Source: an uncultured Eubacteriales bacterium (lineage in GTDB: Bacteria > Bacillota_I > Bacilli_A > RF39 > UBA660). Taken from it: 64,000 bases of DNA. Of this stretch, positions 58,851 to 64,000 are shown in pieces. Location: positions 78,181 to 142,180 of the forward strand of contig CAJJKI010000002.1 of the NCBI GenBank assembly GCA_905188025.1, given 5' to 3'. The notes below the pieces were generated by a model. It did not search any database, had not been told where the DNA came from, and saw only the letters and a list, made by a program, of their open reading frames with translations. The stretch's first letter is position 1; every line of letters begins with the position of its first letter. Position numbers and translations under genes: made by a program.

Positions 58851-59327
58851 ATGAATGAAGAAATCTTAAAGAAAGAGATGGAAATTAATCATTTATCTAT
58901 AAATTATAAAAGAGTACAAAGAAGACTTGATGATAAAAAGATTAAAAATAGAAAGAGAATAATTGTTGATACGTTATTTTTAACTACATCAATAGTATTA
59001 TATACAGTACTTAGACCAATTTCTTTTGCAGGAGGGTTAACTGCTTTAGGAGTTAGTCAATTGGCTTTTAACTTAATTTCTTATAAAAAATTTGGTTCAA
59101 GAATTAAAGAATATGGTAAAAGAGTAAGATTAAATGAAAAATTAGTACAAATGGAAAAAGAAATGCCTTTATTAAATAAAGAATTAAATGATATGAAAGA
59201 GAAGAGCTTAGAATATAAAGAAAATGTTTGTTATAAGAAAGAAACTCAGAAATTATCAGTAATAAATAATAATAATAATAAAGTTAAAGTAAGAAGATTA
59301 GTTAAAGATAATAATAGTAACTTGTAA
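58851..59327 (+). CDS. hypothetical two-TM coiled-coil protein (paralog 1)
   Basis: GGAGA SD precedes the ATG at 58851. Central hydrophobic hairpin, then LNKELNDMKEKSLEYKE and the C-terminal tail NKVKVRRLVKDNNSNL. Confidence 0.55.
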   Translation: MNEEILKKEMEINHLSINYKRVQRRLDDKKIKNRKRIIVDTLFLTTSIVLYTVLRPISFAGGLTALGVSQLAFNLISYKKFGSRIKEYGKRVRLNEKLVQMEKEMPLLNKELNDMKEKSLEYKENVCYKKETQKLSVINNNNNKVKVRRLVKDNNSNL

Positions 59328-59402
59328 GATAATTATATTATTAACTGTCTTGATCAGATAAATAACTTAAGTTATAATATTTAATAGTTTTGGAGGTTAA
59401 TT

Positions 59403-59981
59403 ATGAATAAAAATTTAGTACAGATGGATGATAATTCAGCATTTGTAAGTGATGAAAATGGAAATGTTTCTTTAGTTAGAAGTGAAAATGATGAAGTTAA
59501 ATTAGAAGATATTTTGAATGTGGAAAATGAGCTTGAGACTTCTACTTATCAATATGAGTTAATAAAAGATGAACTTGAAGAACTAAAATTGAAGTTTTCT
59601 TATGGAAAAATGGCTAATGTAGGTGCTTTGCTTTGTGGAGCTTATATTTGTGGTATGAATGTAATTCTTTCTGGGCCATTAAATCTTGGTTTATTTGGTG
59701 GAATAACAGGTTACCTTATGGGTAAAGGATTCAGTCTTTTAGTATTTGGTTCAAGAGTAGGTAGAAATAAAAAGAAGAAACAACTTAGTGATGAAAAATT
59801 AGAAATAGAAGGAAAAATAATTGAACTAAATAAAGAGTTAGAGAATATGAAAGAAAAAGTATCATATGAAAAGAAATCTATTGATACAGTTGAATATAAT
59901 TATGAGTTACCATTAGCAATTAATAATGTAAACAAAGTTAAAGTTAGAAAATTAGTTAAAGATAATAATAAGAATAGTTAG
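59403..59981 (+). CDS. hypothetical two-TM coiled-coil protein (paralog 2)
   Basis: GGAGG SD. LNKELENMKEKVSYEKK and the C-terminal tail NKVKVRKLVKDNNKNS match paralog 1. Confidence 0.55.
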   Translation: MNKNLVQMDDNSAFVSDENGNVSLVRSENDEVKLEDILNVENELETSTYQYELIKDELEELKLKFSYGKMANVGALLCGAYICGMNVILSGPLNLGLFGGITGYLMGKGFSLLVFGSRVGRNKKKKQLSDEKLEIEGKIIELNKELENMKEKVSYEKKSIDTVEYNYELPLAINNVNKVKVRKLVKDNNKNS

Positions 59982-59989
59982 AAATGTGT

Positions 59990-60018
59990 TTGACATGGAT
60001 AATACTAAGTGATATAAT
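59990..60018 (+). promoter_or_regulatory. consensus sigma-A promoter
   Basis: TTGACA, 17 nt spacer, TATAAT (perfect hexamers). Confidence 0.65.
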
Positions 60019-60024
60019 GGTGTT

Positions 60025-60135
60025 AATTTAATGAGAAAAGCGATGATGGGCTTGGAAACCTAGTAGCTATATAGATTGAGAGATTCTTAGGAATAAATAA
60101 AGTGGAACCGCGGTTAGAGATAATCGTCTTTATAT
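60025..60135 (+). promoter_or_regulatory. T-box riboswitch leader, glycine specifier (GGC), short glyQS type
   Basis: T-box core AAAGTGGAACCGCGG (60099-60113) and GGC at 60049-60051 in a GATGGGCTTGG context. The downstream terminator helix is weak or unclear. Confidence 0.7.
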
Positions 60136-60169
60136 GGTAAGGATCTTTTTATTTATCTTTCGGGGGGAT

Positions 60170-60556
60170 ATGATGATAAATAATTATTTGTTTTTGTTTA
60201 TGTATGATATAGGGCTTAGTCTTGGTAAATTGATAGATTTAGATGAAGAATTTTATCAGGATATAGTTAACTTTTTATTAGGATTTGATCATAGTGAAGT
60301 GAATGATGTGATTAATAAAATGTTATGTATTGATAGAAAATTAAATGATGGAGATAAGATTATTTTTCCAGTACCAAGTGATTCTAATGAATTAGCTGAT
60401 TATATGAATAGTGTAATATATAATGGTAAGAAGTTATCTAGAGTATTTGATCAGGTTGGATTTGAAGATACACAAAAGATAGCTAAATTGACGGAAGAAT
60501 TTATTAGTTATTTATATATATTAGCTGATATGAAAAAGAAGAGATTACGTAGTTAA
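60170..60556 (+). CDS. hypothetical protein, first gene after the Gly T-box
   Basis: GGGGGG SD precedes the ATG at 60170. No family recognised. Confidence 0.55.
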   Translation: MMINNYLFLFMYDIGLSLGKLIDLDEEFYQDIVNFLLGFDHSEVNDVINKMLCIDRKLNDGDKIIFPVPSDSNELADYMNSVIYNGKKLSRVFDQVGFEDTQKIAKLTEEFISYLYILADMKKKRLRS

Positions 60557-60570
60557 TTAGGAGTGATAAT

Positions 60571-60978
60571 ATGCTTAATTTAGAACATGTAAAAGAACAG
60601 TTAAATAAATGGAGTTTTAATTATGATAATAATATAGTACCAGGACATAGTACTTATAAAGTTAAATGGGTTTTACCAATGGGGCCAGTAATGGTTATTG
60701 CATCTGAGAAAGCTACATCATATTTATTTGGATTTAATGGGGAAGGAATATATATTTTTCCTGTTAAAGGTAATTGGGATATATTAGATTGTTGTTTAAT
60801 TGAATGGAAGAATATTATAAAGTTTGAGATTAGGAAGGGTATTTTACTTGAGAATACGATGAATATTACTACTAATGAAATGAAGGTGTCATTAAAGATA
60901 AATAAGGTAGTAGCTGGTAATTCTTGGGTTAAAGAGAATATTAAGAATTTAGAAGAGTTAAATTATTATAAAAAATAG
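60571..60978 (+). CDS. hypothetical protein (possibly a PH-like fold)
   Basis: AGGAGTG SD. No family recognised. Confidence 0.55.
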   Translation: MLNLEHVKEQLNKWSFNYDNNIVPGHSTYKVKWVLPMGPVMVIASEKATSYLFGFNGEGIYIFPVKGNWDILDCCLIEWKNIIKFEIRKGILLENTMNITTNEMKVSLKINKVVAGNSWVKENIKNLEELNYYKK

Positions 60979-60993
60979 AGAGGAATGATAAAG

Positions 60994-62367
60994 ATGAAAG
61001 ATAATAATATGCAGGAATTAGTTAATTATTGTAAGCAATATGGATTTATATTTCAAGGTAGTGAAATATATGGAGGATTAGCTAATACATGGGATTTTGG
61101 GCCAGTAGGAGTTGAACTTAAAAAGAATATTAAAAATGCTTGGATGAAAAGATTTGTTCAAGAAGATGTTAATAATGTTGGACTTGATTCAGCTATTTTA
61201 ATGAATCCTAAGACATGGGAAGCTTCAGGACATATTAGTACTTTTAGTGATCCATTAATTGATTGTAAACATTGTAAAACTAGATATAGAGCTGATAAGT
61301 TAGTAGAAGATGATGGATGTGACATGGCTGGTGCTATGAATGATGAAGAATTAATTAAATATATATATGATCATAAGATAGTTTGTCCTAAATGCGGAAA
61401 ATTAGATTATACTGATATTAGAAAATTTAATTTAATGTTTAAAACGTTTCAAGGAGTTACTGAAGATAATAAAAGTACAGTATATTTAAGACCAGAAACT
61501 GCTCAAGGAATATTTGTAGATTTTCTTAATGTACAAAGAAGTATGCGTTTAAAAGTTCCTTTTGGAATAGGTCAAGTGGGAAAAAGTTTTAGAAATGAAA
61601 TAACTCCAGGTAATTTTATATTTAGAGTTAGAGAATTTGAACAAATGGAATTAGAATTCTTTTGTAAACCAGGTACTGAACTTGATTGGTTTAAATATTA
61701 TAAAGATGCTTGTAAAAAATTCTTATTAGATTTAGGAATAAAAGAAGAAGATTTAAGACTTAGAGATCATGATCCTGAAGAATTGTGTTTTTATAGTAAT
61801 GCTACTACGGATATAGAATATAAATTCCCATTTGGATGGGGAGAATTATGGGGTATTGCTAGTAGAACTGATTACGACTTAAAACAACACCAAGAATATA
61901 GTGGAGTTAGCCAATTATATTTAGATCCTGAAACTAATGAAAAATATATACCTTATGTAATAGAACCATCTTTAGGAGTAGAAAGACTATTTTTAACTAT
62001 TTTATGTAATGGATATAAAAAAGAAGAATTAGAGAATGGTGATATAAGGGAAGTAATGAAATTGCATCCTTATTTAGCTCCTTATAAATGTGCAGTATTA
62101 CCATTAGTTAAAAAATATCATAGTGATAAAGCTATGGAAGTATATAGAAGTCTTTCTAAGAAATTTATGACAAGCTATGACGAAGCAGGATCTATAGGAA
62201 AAAGATATCGTAGACAAGATGCTATAGGTACACCATTTGCTATTACTATAGATGATAATACTATAAATGAAGGAATGGTTACTATAAGAGATAGAGATAC
62301 TATGGAACAAGTAACTATTAAATTAGAAGAAATAGAAAAATATATAGAAGAAAGAATAAAGTTTTAA
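60994..62367 (+). CDS. glyQS: glycine--tRNA ligase (homodimeric GlyQS type)
   Basis: [39 protein letters not shown] and [10 protein letters not shown] motifs. The start is 60985 or 60994; the SD favours 60994. Confidence 0.95.
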   Translation: MKDNNMQELVNYCKQYGFIFQGSEIYGGLANTWDFGPVGVELKKNIKNAWMKRFVQEDVNNVGLDSAILMNPKTWEASGHISTFSDPLIDCKHCKTRYRADKLVEDDGCDMAGAMNDEELIKYIYDHKIVCPKCGKLDYTDIRKFNLMFKTFQGVTEDNKSTVYLRPETAQGIFVDFLNVQRSMRLKVPFGIGQVGKSFRNEITPGNFIFRVREFEQMELEFFCKPGTELDWFKYYKDACKKFLLDLGIKEEDLRLRDHDPEELCFYSNATTDIEYKFPFGWGELWGIASRTDYDLKQHQEYSGVSQLYLDPETNEKYIPYVIEPSLGVERLFLTILCNGYKKEELENGDIREVMKLHPYLAPYKCAVLPLVKKYHSDKAMEVYRSLSKKFMTSYDEAGSIGKRYRRQDAIGTPFAITIDDNTINEGMVTIRDRDTMEQVTIKLEEIEKYIEERIKF

Positions 62368-62375
62368 TATCTGTA

Positions 62376-62402
62376 AAGAGAATAAATATTATTCTTTTTT
62401 CT
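62376..62402 (+). terminator. intrinsic terminator after glyQS
   Basis: AAGAGAATAA-ATA-TTATTCTTTT followed by a T-run. Confidence 0.7.
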
Positions 62403-62453
62403 TGTTTTATAAAGTTATTTATAATATAATATTCTTAGTAAAGGAGAATAATT

Positions 62454-64000
62454 ATGGATAGTGAAAGGTCTTTTAAAAATAAAAATCTTTTAGTAATAGT
62501 TTTTGAAATAATAGTAATTATATTAGGAGTAGGAGGAATTACATTTGCTACTAGTAAATTACTTAATGATAAAACACAAACGGAAGTTAAAGCTGGAGAA
62601 TATAATATAGATTATGTTGGAGATAAGGAAATATCTTTTAAAGAAATAGAACCAATGGATGATAAGTTAGTTAATATAGATACTAAAGATAATGTAATTA
62701 GAATAGAGTTTTCATTAAGAGGAGTATCTACTAATAAAGATGATAAGTTGATATATGATATAATGCTTAATGAAATGAATATAGATTGTAGTTTACTTAA
62801 TGAATATACAAAGTGGAATTTATATAAGAATGGTAAATTATTATCTAATGGTAGTTTATCTCCTAGTTTTGATGGGAATGTATTAGGAGATAATATGAGA
62901 CTTACTAATATACAAGAAGATTTACCTAAATATAATAAAGATTATGATAAATATGTTTTAATATTTTGGATAAGTGAAAGTTGTGATAATTTACTTACTT
63001 GTGAAAAGATAGATCAAAGTAGTATAGCTAATAGTAAGATGAGTATGAAAGTATTTGTAGCTTTATATGGAGGAGCTAAGAAGAAGTTTGAGAGAGTTCC
63101 TAATTATGATAATACTTGTGCTAATAAACCAATACTTTATAATAATATGATAGCAGTTAATTATAAAGGTGGTGATTGGTATGTAGCTGATAAAGATAAT
63201 AAGGATAAGAATAATTTATGGTATAGTTATAGTGATAAGAAGTGGGCTAATGCTGTAGTTGTTAAGAATAATAAATATAATAATACTGGTATGTTAGTAG
63301 ATAAGAATGATATACTGGGATATTATGTATGGATACCAAGATACAAATATAAGACTTGGAATGTAGAAGATAGTGTTAATGATACATATAAGGCTTATGA
63401 TGAAGGAATAGATATTATATTTGAGAATGGTGTTAATAAAGTTAATGTAGATAGTTATAAGAATGATCAATATATTACTCATCCAGCTTTTGGAGATAAT
63501 TTAACTGGTTTTTGGATTAGTAAGTATGAAATTAGTAAGAATGATGATGGATATGTAAGTAAGAGTGATATAGAGAGTTATCGTAATGATACATTAGATA
63601 ATTATAAGAATATAATTAATAATTTAACTAATGATTATGCTTTAGGTGATAAAGCTAGTAGTATGATAGTTAATAATTTAGAATGGGGATCAGTATTATA
63701 TTTATCACATAGTAAATATGGTGTATGTGATGGAGATGGATGCTCTAGTATAGGTAATAATGATACTTATAAAGCTGGTAATAATAAACAAGATACTACT
63801 ACTAGAAATGTATATGGAGTATATGATATGTCTGGTGGAGCTCAAGAATATGTTATTGGTAATTATAAGATAGGTAGTGCTACTTATGAAGTTAAGTTAA
63901 GTAATGGAGCAACTTGGTATAATGGTAGTGGGATGTCATATGATAGAGAATATCTACTAAGAGGGGGTATGAATAATGGATTATTCTGCTTTGGTGATCT
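62454..64000 (+). CDS. N-terminally anchored protein with FGE-sulfatase/C-type-lectin-like domain, 3' end beyond the window (not in the ORF track)
   Basis: AAGGAG SD precedes the ATG at 62454, and the frame stays open to the window end (checked by hand). FWISKYEIS, VYGVYDMSGGAQEYV and LLRGGMNNG match FGE-sulfatase-type motifs (xYEVT, GLxDMxGNvWEW, RGGSW). Confidence 0.8.
   Translation, partial: MDSERSFKNKNLLVIVFEIIVIILGVGGITFATSKLLNDKTQTEVKAGEYNIDYVGDKEISFKEIEPMDDKLVNIDTKDNVIRIEFSLRGVSTNKDDKLIYDIMLNEMNIDCSLLNEYTKWNLYKNGKLLSNGSLSPSFDGNVLGDNMRLTNIQEDLPKYNKDYDKYVLIFWISESCDNLLTCEKIDQSSIANSKMSMKVFVALYGGAKKKFERVPNYDNTCANKPILYNNMIAVNYKGGDWYVADKDNKDKNNLWYSYSDKKWANAVVVKNNKYNNTGMLVDKNDILGYYVWIPRYKYKTWNVEDSVNDTYKAYDEGIDIIFENGVNKVNVDSYKNDQYITHPAFGDNLTGFWISKYEISKNDDGYVSKSDIESYRNDTLDNYKNIINNLTNDYALGDKASSMIVNNLEWGSVLYLSHSKYGVCDGDGCSSIGNNDTYKAGNNKQDTTTRNVYGVYDMSGGAQEYVIGNYKIGSATYEVKLSNGATWYNGSGMSYDREYLLRGGMNNGLFCFGD

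Noticed and set aside
491-63482. Short ORFs in the six-frame track that lie inside or antisense to well-supported genes: 491..673, 10064..10246, 11805..12032, 15007..15279, 17601..17813, 18634..18822, 20051..20254, 21317..21517, 22963..23145, 23647..24129, 23763..23954, 27376..27567, 29454..29639, 32446..32697, 32664..32864, 33165..33473, 34015..34233, 36324..36536, 39475..39690, 40866..41162, 45166..45405, 53401..53640, 58065..58289, 62104..62310 and 63294..63482.
   Set aside because: Each is fully embedded in a longer ORF with clear family motifs or coherent context. Their translations are low-complexity (I/L/F/S/Y-rich), as expected from the reverse or shifted frames of AT-rich coding DNA, and none has a convincing SD.
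1-64000. CRISPR arrays, rRNA or tRNA genes, IS elements.
   Set aside because: No regularly spaced direct repeats, no tRNA-like GC-rich cloverleaf segments in any intergenic region, and no DDE transposase ORFs were seen.

Overview
AT-rich chromosomal segment from a low-GC Gram-positive (Bacillota) bacterium. It is probably an endospore former, because it carries CotF-like coat genes, whiA and a SEDS/class-B PBP pair. Most of the window is housekeeping: mutS, a DAACS symporter, cdsA, rseP, hsp20, cca, ftsY, ylxM, murE, clpP, fhs, nadE, nadD, uvrB, ftsW/spoVE-like, mraY, yvcK, whiA, tyrS (Tyr T-box), an acyl-CoA ligase, folD, a GH3 nagZ-like gene, helD and glyQS (Gly T-box). There are also many membrane-anchored hypothetical proteins. 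I saw no rRNA, tRNA, CRISPR array or prophage structural genes. The main finding is that the class-B penicillin-binding protein gene upstream of mraY-ftsW (minus strand) is split exactly inside the Lys codon of its catalytic SxxK motif (YEPGSTF|KIITLASS). The split is caused by a ~5.8 kb integrated element (35960..41780) with four parts: a large serine recombinase, a small SHOCT-like ORF, a tightly coupled five-gene cargo operon with its own consensus promoter, and 2-bp (TT) crossover junctions. The cargo operon encodes a ParB/Srx-like protein, a membrane GT2 synthase-like protein, a dNK-like P-loop kinase, a histidine phosphatase and an NDK-like protein. Both PBP halves are intact, which fits a skin/SPbeta-type intervening element (a reversible gene switch) rather than a decayed pseudogene. 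The second notable signal is the 3' ~150 nt of a small secreted-protein gene (12598..12993). It is ~49% GC and packed with NNC codons encoding a CLec/FGE-type tail, which is the signature of a diversity-generating-retroelement variable region. No template repeat or reverse transcriptase is present in the window. Other observations: a type IV pilin fused to a dockerin, tandem mini-kinase paralogs beside coat genes, a structured terminator-containing leader upstream of the split PBP gene, and two unknown genes under the Gly T-box.
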